DNA of 64,000 nt from an uncultured Candidatus Saccharibacteria bacterium (lineage in GTDB: Bacteria; Patescibacteriota; Minisyncoccia; Phycocordibacterales; UBA12088). Shown one piece after another: positions 1 through 10,616 of this stretch. The notes under the pieces are model-generated. The model made no database searches, had not been told where the DNA came from, and was given only the letters and a program-made list of their open reading frames with translations. The stretch lies in the NCBI GenBank assembly GCA_964409035.1, contig CAYPBQ010000001.1, positions 28,024-92,023 on the forward strand. The letters are read 5' to 3'. Every line of letters begins with the position of its first letter. The stretch's first letter is position 1. The position numbers and the translations under genes are program-made.

Positions 1-1164
1 GCTATTACATACTGCTCCTACCTCTCTTACTGAATCCGTTGTCCTCTCACTAAGCATAGCTCCAGTCATGTAATACAGACCAAAAAGTACTAGCACTATC
101 CCAGCAAAAAGTGTTGACCATTTAACAAATCGAGTTGATGTAGCCCACACCTTCATTGACACAACTGCAATAGCAAATACCACAATCTCATCCAACATAT
201 AAAACAGCATAAATACCGCAATCGAGCTCATGTATCCAAACGTTGAAAGTTCAAGTGTGGATAAAAATCCAGCGTACGTAACAGGAATTGCGGCAGAACA
301 AGGAAATTCTACTACGGTAATAACACCAGCAAACACCATAACCGCTCCAAAAGTAGCCAAAATACCCTTACCCGCAAATGCCTTTTCAAGCAACGCGGAG
401 GTACTTGAAATAACGATACCAGTACCCGCATCACATGTTAGTCCTTGTGTTTGAAAACGGTAGTACTCGTGTAAAAAGTATAATCCCCCAGCGAGTGATA
501 TTGCTCCTACCAGCAATTCGAGCGTACCGACATACGGACCCACTAGTGTAAAAAGGGTATGCCATAACACAATAAGCAATCCGTACGTTAGTGCGGTAAT
601 AGCAATAAATAAACCGCCATACAAGATCACAAATTTTCTTTCTCGCAATTTAAGTACCATACCAAGCACAAGCATAAGCGCGCCTAGTGAGCACACATTA
701 AATCCATCGAGTATACCAAGAAGCGCTGACAGTGTAGGCACAGAATATGACATTGGATCAACTGAACCTACAAATGGAAGCGTAAAAATGCCTGGTGCTA
801 TGTCATCTATATTCATTACCTTGTTGTAAATTCGCTCCTTAACATTTTCATCAAAGCCAACAAAGAAACTGTCTTCATAAAAAATAAGCGGTACCAATCC
901 ACGATAACGCTGTGCGTCGGTGTAACTTTCTAACACCTCATTAAGAGCGACAATATTTTGTGCCTTTGTGACATCGTATTTCTTCACCTCCAGATCGGGA
1001 GCCTCGATTTGGAGCTCATTCAAAAATTGCTGAGCTGCCTTACAATGCGGGCATGTTGGTGAGTAAAAGAATAGCAGTGCTTCTGCGCCCTGCTCGCTCG
1101 CTACCACCGATGAAGTAGGTGTAAAGGAAATAATCAGCGACAGTATAAAAAATATAATCTTCAT
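1..1164 (-). CDS. Glutaredoxin/thioredoxin-domain (CPHC) protein fused to a CcdA/DsbD-like multi-pass membrane domain; 3' end runs off the window
   Basis: Manual translation from ATG 1164: MKIIFF..FYSPTCPHCKAAQQFL..LDGFNVCSLG..VEFPCSAAIP; open to position 1 (not in ORF track because incomplete). Confidence 0.8.
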   Translation of the reverse strand, partial: MKIIFFILSLIISFTPTSSVVASEQGAEALLFFYSPTCPHCKAAQQFLNELQIEAPDLEVKKYDVTKAQNIVALNEVLESYTDAQRYRGLVPLIFYEDSFFVGFDENVKERIYNKVMNIDDIAPGIFTLPFVGSVDPMSYSVPTLSALLGILDGFNVCSLGALMLVLGMVLKLRERKFVILYGGLFIAITALTYGLLIVLWHTLFTLVGPYVGTLELLVGAISLAGGLYFLHEYYRFQTQGLTCDAGTGIVISSTSALLEKAFAGKGILATFGAVMVFAGVITVVEFPCSAAIPVTYAGFLSTLELSTFGYMSSIAVFMLFYMLDEIVVFAIAVVSMKVWATSTRFVKWSTLFAGIVLVLFGLYYMTGAMLSERTTDSVREVGAVCNS

Positions 1165-1171
1165 GATCACA

Positions 1172-1612
1172 CTAGGATACTTCATTCAACCAACTTCTAG
1201 CAGCACGGACATCGCTAAACCACTTGATTTTTTCTTCATCGTTACGTATTGCAGAAAATACATGCAATACCCCAAGCGCTAAACGCTCTATGTGAGATGA
1301 TGAACCAATAATCGCCACTCTCTTTAGTTGTGGTTGATTGATTATTCGTGCATACACCTCTTTAGTTGCGGGTGTAAGTACCTCAGTCGCGCTATCGCCA
1401 AATTGAATGAGATCGACGATAGCAGTATATGCTTTTTCTGGATTCATTCTCAAAATCTTTCGAAAATCGTCCTCTATAAGCTCAGCAGTTCTTGCGTTGT
1501 CCTCCTCATTGGATTCATTCCAAAAAAATATAAGAACAAGAAGATTAGCTGCTGGATTGTTCTCTGAGTAAAACAACTTATAGCCCTCCCTAAGGAGTTC
1601 ATCAGTTTTCAT
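1172..1612 (-). CDS. SpoIIAA-like (STAS/SEC14) domain protein
   Basis: IVDL..RVAIIG..IKWFSDVRAARSWL pattern typical of the family; -10 TATACT 6 nt upstream. Confidence 0.6.
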   Translation of the reverse strand: MKTDELLREGYKLFYSENNPAANLLVLIFFWNESNEEDNARTAELIEDDFRKILRMNPEKAYTAIVDLIQFGDSATEVLTPATKEVYARIINQPQLKRVAIIGSSSHIERLALGVLHVFSAIRNDEEKIKWFSDVRAARSWLNEVS

Positions 1613-1649
1613 ACTCTAAGTATAAAGGATATTAGTCCACTCGTTAAGA

Positions 1650-1892
1650 CTAGTATCGTTTGAGTAGCAAAATAAACATAAGCGCAGCCGCACCAAGCGA
1701 TACAAGATTGACTGCAAAATTATAGGTTAACACCCCAAAGCTTGCCTCATGAAATAGCAGCATTAGTACTCCAGCACCAAAAAGTGCTGCAAACGAGGGG
1801 CGTATATCATTTCCATACTTATACAATGAATATACCTGAATTACCCATGCAAGCATGATGAGTAATAATCCGCCCGAAACTAAATCAATCAT
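1650..1892 (-). CDS. Small membrane protein
   Basis: 80 aa, 3 hydrophobic segments, ATGA overlap with upstream gene. Confidence 0.6.
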   Translation of the reverse strand: MIDLVSGGLLLIMLAWVIQVYSLYKYGNDIRPSFAALFGAGVLMLLFHEASFGVLTYNFAVNLVSLGAAALMFILLLKRY

Positions 1893-2095
1893 GAATGACG
1901 CTCAAGTGAGATAAAGTACCCCATACATATACCCATCACTGAAAGTGAGCCCACCATAAACGGAAGAAGCGACGCATGCTCACTCGCAAACAATAACACC
2001 ACTGCGGTTAATCCAACTGAAATTGCAGCTATAGATACTGCAATAGTTACAAACGGATTATCACGAGCCTCTTTTTTTTGTACTTGTCTTGGCAT
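1889..2095 (-). CDS. Small membrane protein
   Basis: MPRQVQ.. 2 TM segments; coupled to next gene. Confidence 0.55.
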   Translation of the reverse strand: MPRQVQKKEARDNPFVTIAVSIAAISVGLTAVVLLFASEHASLLPFMVGSLSVMGICMGYFISLERHS

Positions 2096-2299
2096 ATAAA
2101 AAATTACCTCTTGCAACTAGTATACCTCAGATACAAAAAGTGCGTGCCAAGTAATCCACAACTCTTATCCTAAGACCATTATCCAAATATCAGTGTAAAA
2201 AGTGTAGCAATAATTCCTAAAGAAACACCAAGAGTAAGACCAAAGAACCACTCGATACCATGCTTGTCTAAATTAAATCTGCGCTCAACTTCTCGCTCG

Positions 2300-4357
2300 C
2301 TAATTAAATAGAGCCTTGAGTATTCTTGTTGCATTTTTTGTAAGGCGTCGCGACTCATACGCTCTACAAAGGGATAGTATCGCTCGTGCATGGATAGGAT
2401 ACGGGTATGTAGTTTCAAGTAAATCTTTGACCGTGAGACCTTTACTAGTTGCAAGTATAAGTTCTCGTACAAGCTCGCCAGCATATTCGCTGACAAGCGT
2501 ACCACCGTAGATTTCTCCATTTTTACCAATATAGAGTGAAATGTATCCATGTATAGAGTGTTCAATTATAGACCTGTCATCATCGCGTAATGAAAATATT
2601 TCTTTAGTATAAAATTGCTTTCGTTCATTAAGGTGATGCTCTTGTAGTCCAAATGTCGCAAGTGCTGGAGATGTATACATCACATTTGCAAATGCGTCAA
2701 GAGACAGCTTCTTCCAAAAGAGCTTTGGGGAGAAGAATGTTCGCAGCACAATTGAAGCATGGAGTTCAGTAAGATGGGTAAACTGCCCACCACCTGCAGC
2801 GTCCCCGACTACATATACATGCTTATTTGATGTACGCATGAACTCATCATGTACTATCATACTACCAGAGTAAGCGATGCCTGCATGTTGTAGTAAAAGC
2901 CCTTCGTGTGATATTTCTCTTCCTATTGCGACCAATACGTTATCTGCAAGAATGCGTATTGTTGATTGACCACACGTAATGATTACTGCATCAGAGGTGA
3001 TTTCTGTCACCTCACTGTCAAAATAAAAATCAATCCCCTCTTCTTTCATCGAAGAAAGCAGTAGCTCCCCTGCTTCTTTTTCATAATTTGGAAGAAGTGC
3101 TGATGTGTTACTGATTATTGTTACCTTGCTGCCCAAACGTGAAAATGCCTGACCAAGTTCAAGCCCAATCGGACCTGCACCAATTACAACCATGTGCGTG
3201 GGGAGTGTGCCAAGTGTAAACACATCGGGATTGTATAGTACGTGTGGAAGTGTCGCGCCTGGAACAGTAAGTTTTCGTGGCGAGCTACCGGTTGCAATTA
3301 CTATTTTTCTTCCTGAATGAATTTTGCCATTTACTGATACTGCGTTCATGCTCTTAAAACTTGCTGATCCTATAACCACATCGTGTCCAAGTGATCGTAA
3401 AAACTCCGCACTTTCTTTTTCTCTAAATACTTGTTTTGCTTCATTAAGTAATTCACGCACTTTATCAAACGACACTTTGCCGCGCGTGGTAATACCTAAC
3501 GGTGAGAGAGTGCGCGCGGTATGAACCTGATTAGCTATATGAATTAGTCCCTTACTCGGAACACATCCATTATTCAGACAGTCACCGCCAATATTATTTT
3601 CATCTCTCTCTATAATGAGAGTTTTGCACCCTACCCTTCGAAGAAAACCTGCAATATTAAGACCAGCCGCCCCTGCGCCAATTACAATGACATCATAATC
3701 ATATGATGATCTGTACATCACTCGCGGTAACAGTGATGAGATAATAAACAGAAGCCCAAATAGCGCTATCGCAATCAACACACCCAGTACCGTGGGCATG
3801 GCAATAACGTTACCAAAATACACATACGCAAATGTGCCCGGGATAATACCAAAAAATGTGCCAATTATATAATCAAGCGCTCGCACACGTGTTAGTCCAA
3901 GAGTAACGTTGAGCACATTAAAAGGAAACAAGGGTACAAGTCGCAAGAACAAAATGGTTATTAGTCCTTTTTCCTCCAGCTTTCTATCGTATTCATATAA
4001 TCTATGTGCGTATGTGCTTAGCAGAGAGTCAACTACCTCTCGCCCAAAGAATCGCGTAAGAAAAAATGCAATGCACGCCCCGACACTTGCACCAAGTATG
4101 ACTGCCGATGCCCCGGCAAGGGGGCCAAATAGTACCCCAGCTAATATGGTAAGCGGGGTTCCTGGTAAAAATAGCACCGTCGCAAGTGCGTAAATGCCGC
4201 TAAACAGTAAAAGTGACTGTGCTGCTGATTGAGATGAGAGAAGGTTTCTTATTGCATCGGGAGATACAATATCAAGCAACATGTAGCGGTGTGACAAATA
4301 CCCAACCACACCAACCAGCACAAAAAGCGCAACCACTTTTACTAATGATGTGCTCAT
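2300..4357 (-). CDS. DedA/VTT (TVP38/TMEM64) domain fused to FAD-dependent pyridine nucleotide-disulfide oxidoreductase
   Basis: N-term LFLPGTPLTILAG/LRLVPLFPF; C-term GAGAAG, GGDCLNNGCVPSK, GAGPIGLELGQ. Confidence 0.9.
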   Translation of the reverse strand: MSTSLVKVVALFVLVGVVGYLSHRYMLLDIVSPDAIRNLLSSQSAAQSLLLFSGIYALATVLFLPGTPLTILAGVLFGPLAGASAVILGASVGACIAFFLTRFFGREVVDSLLSTYAHRLYEYDRKLEEKGLITILFLRLVPLFPFNVLNVTLGLTRVRALDYIIGTFFGIIPGTFAYVYFGNVIAMPTVLGVLIAIALFGLLFIISSLLPRVMYRSSYDYDVIVIGAGAAGLNIAGFLRRVGCKTLIIERDENNIGGDCLNNGCVPSKGLIHIANQVHTARTLSPLGITTRGKVSFDKVRELLNEAKQVFREKESAEFLRSLGHDVVIGSASFKSMNAVSVNGKIHSGRKIVIATGSSPRKLTVPGATLPHVLYNPDVFTLGTLPTHMVVIGAGPIGLELGQAFSRLGSKVTIISNTSALLPNYEKEAGELLLSSMKEEGIDFYFDSEVTEITSDAVIITCGQSTIRILADNVLVAIGREISHEGLLLQHAGIAYSGSMIVHDEFMRTSNKHVYVVGDAAGGGQFTHLTELHASIVLRTFFSPKLFWKKLSLDAFANVMYTSPALATFGLQEHHLNERKQFYTKEIFSLRDDDRSIIEHSIHGYISLYIGKNGEIYGGTLVSEYAGELVRELILATSKGLTVKDLLETTYPYPIHARAILSLCRAYESRRLTKNATRILKALFN

Positions 4358-4359
4358 AA

Positions 4360-4482
4360 CTAATTAAGTAGATAAGCACTTACCGCATCAATAGCCACCT
4401 CACCAAAATAGATGCTGTACACCACTACTGCGAGCAAAAGAAGTAATGCAAACGCAAGAATTATTTTTGAGTGCTCTTTCAT
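4360..4482 (-). CDS. Small single-TM peptide (40 aa)
   Basis: MKEHSKIILAFALLLLAVVVYSIYFGEVAIDAVSAYLLN*; stop 2 nt before next start; -10-like CATACT 6 nt upstream. Confidence 0.5.
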   Translation of the reverse strand: MKEHSKIILAFALLLLLAVVVYSIYFGEVAIDAVSAYLLN

Positions 4483-4546
4483 TTATTAAGTATGTCACAG
4501 GTACAGATTTACATACAGAGCACTTGGATAACTCCCACAAAACGAT

Positions 4547-4572
4547 GGGGCGCAATCATTTGATTGCGCCCC
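4547..4572. terminator. Hairpin terminator of 4585..5157 gene
   Basis: GGGGCGCAATCA/TGATTGCGCCCC inverted repeat. Confidence 0.6.
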
Positions 4573-4584
4573 TAGACAGGCTCA

Positions 4585-5157
4585 CTATGGCCTGATAACG
4601 GTGACCCTATGTCCTCCGTGCATATAGTCACCATCTACCACCCCCCCCACGTGATGATGGAGACCAATCACCTGCATCGCAGGATATTGCTTCTTTATAC
4701 TTCTAATAGCTTTTTCTGCATTATTCTGACAATGCTCACCACCATCGAGACAGCCATCATGTGAGTTCGCGAGAATCAAAATTTGTTGATCCTCAAGTTG
4801 GCACATTCTCCGAAGAAGTGCGACCTGAAGATCCAGCCATGTCCACAATCTGAACGTACTATCGAAGATTTGGCCTGAAATTGGCCCAAGCTGCTGAAGG
4901 GTCGCAACACCTCCAGGGACAATAATAGGGTATTCAGGAACCCTCCTTCTCAGTTGCTGAAAGCCTGTGGTTCTTTTTGCTTTTTTCCGGACAGCGTGGC
5001 CATGGTGCCCATCGACACAACTGATAATCACTGCGCCTCCGATTCTACATGGATCAATTAGCAAACCTTCTTCTTGGGAAGGTTCTGTTTTTCTTCTAAT
5101 TAGCCCCGCAATACTAAGAGGTTCAAACATTCTTAACAGACTAGTGCCCGCTGGCAT
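4585..5157 (-). CDS. Hypothetical protein with beta-carbonic-anhydrase-like Zn motif
   Basis: SCVDG..PGG..NSHDGC (CxD...HxxC); SD AAGGAGG before ATG 5157. Confidence 0.5.
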   Translation of the reverse strand: MPAGTSLLRMFEPLSIAGLIRRKTEPSQEEGLLIDPCRIGGAVIISCVDGHHGHAVRKKAKRTTGFQQLRRRVPEYPIIVPGGVATLQQLGPISGQIFDSTFRLWTWLDLQVALLRRMCQLEDQQILILANSHDGCLDGGEHCQNNAEKAIRSIKKQYPAMQVIGLHHHVGGVVDGDYMHGGHRVTVIRP

Positions 5158-5241
5158 ATGCCCCTCCTTGTGACTGACCTCGAGAGACAATACTCCTCTC
5201 AAAATGGGTTGTCTAGGCAGTTATCAACAACAAGACCAAAG

Positions 5242-6330
5242 TTATGATTTCCAAAACTTTTTAGTAAAGCGCCAGCCGTATTTAGCCGCAACAAGAAGGA
5301 CAAAAAAGTACAAACAAAACACCACACCATAGGCAAGTACTGTTAATAATCCAAGAGTTGCCTTTTGTAGTGAGTGGCTTATCTCACTTACAAATTGTTC
5401 AAATGAACCTCTCCATGCATCAGTAAGGCGCTCAGTGTCAATGTATGGTCGCTCATATACCGACACAGTAAAGAAGGTGTATTCAATTCTATCTAGTTCT
5501 CGTATCTTTGCTCGCTCGAGTCTATCAATTTCACCTTCTATGATTAACTTTTCGTTTGTAAGTCTTTCTATGAGGCGTATTTTGCTATCAATGATGATTG
5601 CAAGACTGTCTGGATCGTTTGCCTTTGTGGCAATTGACTGTATTTCATCATATGAAGATAGCGCACCCGTGAGCGTGTCATCAATAACATCCAATTTGTT
5701 GGTGAGCGTTGCGATTGCGTCGGTATAATCTTTTACCTGCTCTTCAATGGTATAAGTAGACTCAGTTACATCCTTTGGATCGTAAGTATCTAGTACGGCT
5801 TTTATTTCTAGCGCCTTACTCTTTTCTACCTTAAATCGGTAGTCACATCCCCTATCAAACTCATTACTATTTTCAAAAATAACCTGTGTATCGCTCTTTA
5901 GTGCATACACTCCTTTGCATATAGAAGCAGCTGATGATGGCGTGTACGAATAGAAGAAGTCTTGCACCTCAAATGATTCTGCCATAGCGCCAACAGAACC
6001 TCCGTATGGTGGTACTGGCGAAATAACCTCTGCTGCTCCCATGGCATTTCTTGTCGAAAATGTTACATCGCCATATTGAGAAGTATTCACTGGATTTCCT
6101 GATCCCATCCACATGGGGGATTCGCTCTCGCTACCATAGCCAATATTTTTATAAGCAAACATGTCATCGCTCGATGCAAACGGCATTGAGACTGTCGAGG
6201 CTGAAAAAGATTTAAGAGACGCAAGTACGAGCGATAGTATAAATATACTCACAATTATAAATACCACCCCAAGACTAACCACCTTAAGTACACCAATTGG
6301 TGTCTTTATCGCATTTTTTAGTAATTGCAT
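5242..6330 (-). CDS. DUF4349-like membrane-anchored coiled-coil protein
   Basis: N-term TM, coiled coil ending ..IEGEIDRLERAK..IEYTFFTVSVYE, C-term TM. Confidence 0.6.
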   Translation of the reverse strand: MQLLKNAIKTPIGVLKVVSLGVVFIIVSIFILSLVLASLKSFSASTVSMPFASSDDMFAYKNIGYGSESESPMWMGSGNPVNTSQYGDVTFSTRNAMGAAEVISPVPPYGGSVGAMAESFEVQDFFYSYTPSSAASICKGVYALKSDTQVIFENSNEFDRGCDYRFKVEKSKALEIKAVLDTYDPKDVTESTYTIEEQVKDYTDAIATLTNKLDVIDDTLTGALSSYDEIQSIATKANDPDSLAIIIDSKIRLIERLTNEKLIIEGEIDRLERAKIRELDRIEYTFFTVSVYERPYIDTERLTDAWRGSFEQFVSEISHSLQKATLGLLTVLAYGVVFCLYFFVLLVAAKYGWRFTKKFWKS

Positions 6331-6388
6331 ATTTTTTAATTGTAGCACCACTACCTGATTGTGGTATCCACTTACTACACATAAGTTA

Positions 6389-6417
6389 TTGACAAAGTTG
6401 TTAAAGCGTTCTATTAT
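6389..6417 (+). promoter_or_regulatory. Sigma70-type promoter of DEAD-box helicase
   Basis: TTGACA-17 nt-TATTAT. Confidence 0.65.
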
Positions 6418-6533
6418 ATATACAAGCTTTTGACTTTACGTGTGGGGCTCTCTAGCTTAAGGCATTGGTTCTATACCTCGCCTACTTATAACCTGCACAG
6501 CCCTAACACAACCCCTTATGGGGACAACTCATC

Positions 6534-7823
6534 ATGTATTCATCATCATCTAGTAGTAACAGAGGTGGCAAGCCTCGAAGTAACGCCCATACATCACACC
6601 GAAGATCTCCTCATAGTGGAGGCTCTCCATATCGTGGTGGTAGCTCATCACACTCATCACGCCCATCACGGGGACGTGGTGGTAATCGTGGAGGTGGGAG
6701 AAAAATGCCTACCTTTGACCCAACACGCTTTATCAATACAAACCCTGCAACTGTTGAAGAGGTTGTGTACGCGCACGCGCACACCTTCAGCACATTTGGT
6801 CTTGATACTCGCCTATCCAAAATAATTGAGGCAAGCGGTATTACAATCCCTACGCCGATTCAGGATCAAATAATTCCACATATCATAAAGGGGCATGATG
6901 TGGTTGGTATTGCTGAGACCGGAACGGGTAAGACTGCCGCATTTCTTGTACCTCTTATTGAGCGGACTATAAAAAAGGAAATCAGACAAACACTCATCCT
7001 AGCACCTACGCGTGAGCTTGCGGTGCAAATTGAGACCGAGCTTCGTACCCTATCTAAAGGACTTAATGTGTATTCAACCATTGTAGTAGGCGGCATGAGT
7101 ATTGGTCCACAGATACGCTCACTGCGTGGTATCAATCATTTTATTATTGGTACACCAGGGCGAGTACTTGACCTTATTGAAAGAGGAAACATTCAACCTC
7201 GGCACATGTCTGCGGTAGTGCTTGATGAGGCTGACCGCATGCTCGACATGGGCTTTATCAATGACATGAGAAAAATAATCTCTGCAATGCCAAAGGAGCG
7301 ACAGACACTATTTTTCTCAGCTACTATGTCTGATAAAACAGACTCACTTGTCAGAGAGTTCCTACACAAGCCAATCACTGTCTCAGTTAAGAAGCAGGAT
7401 GTCATTAGCACGATTGAGCAAACCATTGTTAAGTACGAGGCACATAGTAAATTTGATACACTAAGAGCACTTTTTGCTGACCCGTCATTTTCTCGAGTAA
7501 TCATCTTTGGTTCTATGAAGCACAGCGTGGAGGCACTTTCCAAGCAGCTTACCGAGGTGGGTGTTCCTTCGGAGTCTATCCACGGCAACAAAAATCACAC
7601 TCAGCGACAGCGAGCGCTATCAAGTTTTAAAAACGGCGTGGTAAAGGTATTGGTAGCTACTGATGTTGCCGCGCGTGGTATACACGTTAATGATGTATCA
7701 CACGTAATCAACTATGATCTACCACAGACATTTGAAGACTATGTGCACCGCATAGGTCGCACCGGTAGAGGCAAAAAACGAGGTAAGGCAATATCATTTG
7801 TACCATTTACACATCGCTATTAG
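6534..7823 (+). CDS. DEAD-box RNA helicase (RhlE-like)
   Basis: AETGTGKT, PTRELA, DEAD, SAT, ARGI, HRIGRTGR; RGG-rich N-terminus. Confidence 0.95.
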   Translation: MYSSSSSSNRGGKPRSNAHTSHRRSPHSGGSPYRGGSSSHSSRPSRGRGGNRGGGRKMPTFDPTRFINTNPATVEEVVYAHAHTFSTFGLDTRLSKIIEASGITIPTPIQDQIIPHIIKGHDVVGIAETGTGKTAAFLVPLIERTIKKEIRQTLILAPTRELAVQIETELRTLSKGLNVYSTIVVGGMSIGPQIRSLRGINHFIIGTPGRVLDLIERGNIQPRHMSAVVLDEADRMLDMGFINDMRKIISAMPKERQTLFFSATMSDKTDSLVREFLHKPITVSVKKQDVISTIEQTIVKYEAHSKFDTLRALFADPSFSRVIIFGSMKHSVEALSKQLTEVGVPSESIHGNKNHTQRQRALSSFKNGVVKVLVATDVAARGIHVNDVSHVINYDLPQTFEDYVHRIGRTGRGKKRGKAISFVPFTHRY

Positions 7824-7830
7824 CACCACG

Positions 7831-7871
7831 TACAAAAAGCCCCTAGTCACAGAGACTCGGGGCTTTTTGTA
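7831..7871. terminator. Bidirectional intrinsic terminator
   Basis: AAAAAGCCCC..GGGGCTTTTT between convergent genes. Confidence 0.8.
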
Positions 7872-7893
7872 TATATTTACCTTCAACTCTATA

Positions 7894-9693
7894 CTAACTT
7901 TTGGATTTATTTTTTGATCGTTCGCTTTCTTTCAAGAATCTTTTTCGTAGGCGTACTGACTTTGGCGTTACCTCAAGAAGTTCATCATCTGCCATTATTT
8001 CAAGGCCAATTTCAATAGTAAGAGTAAGGGGCGGCACAAGATCAAGCGCTTCATCAGAACCTGATGCGCGCACGTTGGTAAGTTGCTTGCCCTTAGTTGG
8101 ATTTACTGCCATCTCTTCACCTTTTGAGGTATTTCCGATTACCATACCCTCATACACCTCCGTAGCAGGGCCGATATAAAGCGTACCTCTGTCTTGCAAA
8201 TTCCAGAGTGAAAATCCAAGCGCCTTGCCGGTTGCCATAGAGATCATTGAACCAACAAATCGTTTCTTCACTTCTCCCGCGTATGGCTTAAACCCAATAA
8301 ATCGAGAACACAAAATACCCTCACCCTTAGTATCAACAATAAACTGGTTTCTATATCCAAGAATACCTCGTGTTGGACCTTCAAAAATAAGGCGCACTGT
8401 ATTGCCCTCAGGGATCATGTTTTGCATGATAAAGAGCCGTTGAGAGAGCTTTTCGATAATCGCACCTTGAAAGGCAACTGGTGTATCAACAATTACTTCT
8501 TCAAATGGCTCCTTCTTTCCATCGGCATCTTCATGGAAGATTACCTGTGGTTGTGACACCGCAAGCTCATACCCTTCACGGCGCATGTTCTCAAGCAGAA
8601 TAGAGATGTGCATTTCTCCACGCCCGTATACCTTAAAGAAGTTACCATCAGAAAAATCAACTTGTAGTCCTACGTTTATTTCAAGCTCACGCTCAAGCCG
8701 AGCCTTTATCTCTCTACTCGTAACAAATTTTCCTTCCTTTCCTGCAAATGGCGATGCATTAGGCATAAACTCAAGCGCGATGGTAGGTTCATCAATCGCA
8801 ATAGCTGGGAGTGGCTCTGCTCGCTCGTCTGTGGTGAGCGTGTCGCCAATGTTGATATCAGGGAATCCTGCAATAAGAACAATATCGCCCGCATATGCCT
8901 CGGTTACTACCTCTTTAGAAAGACCAACAAATGTAGAAAGCTTGATAACCTTTCCACGCCGAGGCGCGCTACCTTGTTGAAGTAAAAAGAGGTTAGCACC
9001 ATCCTTAATACATCCCTCGTACACGCGAGCAATCGCAAGTCTGCCAGTAAAGTTATCGTACCCAAGGTTAAACACCTGCGCGCGAAGCACATCACCCTCA
9101 GTGTATGCTTTTGCTGGTGGTACCTCTTCAAGAATGGTATCAAGGAGTGGTGTAAGGTCAGTTGCAGTATCTTCAAGCTTTCGCTTTGCGACACCTTCCC
9201 TTCCTATTGCGTATACCACCTTAAAATTTGCCTGTTCATCACTTGCGCCAAGCTCAAGAAATAGTTCAAGCACTTGCTCCTCGCATCGGTGAGGGTCTGC
9301 GGCTGGCTTATCAATTTTATTGATAACCACATTAGGCTTGAGACCAAGCTCAAGAGATTTTTTAAGTACAAAGCGAGTTTGTGGCATTGGACCTTCTTGT
9401 GCATCTACCACAAGAAGCACAGAGTCTATCGAGCGGAGTACTCGCTCTACTTCTGAACCAAAGTCTGCGTGACCAGGAGTGTCTACGATATTAAGCTTGG
9501 TACCCTTATATGAAAGAGAGGCGTTTTTAGCATAGATAGTAATACCACGCTCTTGCTCAAGCGCATTAGAATCCATGGTGATGGTGTCGTCTGTCACCGC
9601 CCCCGTCTGGCGCATAAGCGCATCGGTGAGTGTGGTTTTGCCATGGTCTACGTGTGCGATTATGGCTATGTTACGTGTTTCTGTGTGTTGCAT
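7894..9693 (-). CDS. typA: Translational GTPase TypA/BipA
   Basis: [53 protein letters not shown]. Confidence 0.97.
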   Translation of the reverse strand: MQHTETRNIAIIAHVDHGKTTLTDALMRQTGAVTDDTITMDSNALEQERGITIYAKNASLSYKGTKLNIVDTPGHADFGSEVERVLRSIDSVLLVVDAQEGPMPQTRFVLKKSLELGLKPNVVINKIDKPAADPHRCEEQVLELFLELGASDEQANFKVVYAIGREGVAKRKLEDTATDLTPLLDTILEEVPPAKAYTEGDVLRAQVFNLGYDNFTGRLAIARVYEGCIKDGANLFLLQQGSAPRRGKVIKLSTFVGLSKEVVTEAYAGDIVLIAGFPDINIGDTLTTDERAEPLPAIAIDEPTIALEFMPNASPFAGKEGKFVTSREIKARLERELEINVGLQVDFSDGNFFKVYGRGEMHISILLENMRREGYELAVSQPQVIFHEDADGKKEPFEEVIVDTPVAFQGAIIEKLSQRLFIMQNMIPEGNTVRLIFEGPTRGILGYRNQFIVDTKGEGILCSRFIGFKPYAGEVKKRFVGSMISMATGKALGFSLWNLQDRGTLYIGPATEVYEGMVIGNTSKGEEMAVNPTKGKQLTNVRASGSDEALDLVPPLTLTIEIGLEIMADDELLEVTPKSVRLRKRFLKESERSKNKSKS

Positions 9694-9807
9694 AAAAAAA
9701 TGCGCGCCCTTCGCGCCACAAAACAATACATTACTTTTGCTTCTTTATCAAGAGTGCGCGAAAACACCCAAATATCGATTACCCTCTTAACGAAAAAATA
9801 ATGCGAA

Positions 9808-9833
9808 GAGCCGCGAGCTTGCGCTCGCGGCTC
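9808..9833. terminator. Hairpin terminator
   Basis: GAGCCGCGAGC/GCTCGCGGCTC. Confidence 0.6.
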
Positions 9834-9847
9834 AAACAGCCCAGGAA

Positions 9848-10549
9848 TTAGATTATTCCCAAATACTCTCTCCCTGTCATGAGAACGCTTCGAATTTCAT
9901 TCTCTACGTCTTCAGGCAAAGAAATGTTGCCGCCCTTGCATAGCTGAAGGTCAGCACCAACCCGCACGAGGCGGATTGAAACTCTAAACATTCCGTAGTT
10001 AAAGGCTAGTATGAGGGATGGATCAAAATTTGCAGAAGTCCAATTTACAGAATACTGTACAGCAATGCTCAGTGCTGCAAGAGAATCTAAGAGTTTTCCT
10101 TTAGCAGTCAACGTCATTGCTGCTATTGCTTTGTTGCATATGTATTCTGCAATCCGCTCTTTTCCCTTATCCACTTCATGAAGGGTATACCAATGTAGAT
10201 TGGAATTTCCAGCTTCGCATAGCATCTTTAATGCTTCAATGGCGGAGGTACCTGTTGCATCCCTTACTATTATTTTTATGTGCTGGTCCATTTCCTCTTG
10301 TGCAGTACGCATCCTCCTAACGTGTAGCATACTTTCACCGATAATAATTGCTACGATTACTCCCGCAATCGAAAATGCCAGCAAATTATTGTAGTAATAA
10401 CCTACTGTAACCACAATTAGGCAGGTCAATAGAATTATAGTGAGTATAGACCTCCTTAATTTTGGGTCGTCTCTCAATATTGCTGTTTCAATTTTGCTCA
10501 ATCTTTCATCAAGCAAAAGAAGTCTCTTAATCGATTCAGAATTGCACAT
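9848..10549 (-). CDS. Hypothetical membrane protein (orphan)
   Basis: 233 aa ORF, 2 TM, purine-rich RBS, own hairpin. Confidence 0.6.
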   Translation of the reverse strand: MCNSESIKRLLLLDERLSKIETAILRDDPKLRRSILTIILLTCLIVVTVGYYYNNLLAFSIAGVIVAIIIGESMLHVRRMRTAQEEMDQHIKIIVRDATGTSAIEALKMLCEAGNSNLHWYTLHEVDKGKERIAEYICNKAIAAMTLTAKGKLLDSLAALSIAVQYSVNWTSANFDPSLILAFNYGMFRVSIRLVRVGADLQLCKGGNISLPEDVENEIRSVLMTGREYLGII

Positions 10550-10616
10550 GTACCTACACTCCCCTCACACCTCACCATGAGGTGTTTGCTTGCGACAATA
10601 TACATTGGTTATTTAC

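Noticed and set aside
2179-2565. 128-aa minus ORF with a hydrophobic tail
   Set aside because: Mostly overlaps the oxidoreductase on the same strand in another frame; no start codon seen for the free part
2300-4357. Mercuric reductase merA
   Set aside because: No C-terminal Cys pair, no NmerA domain, no mer operon
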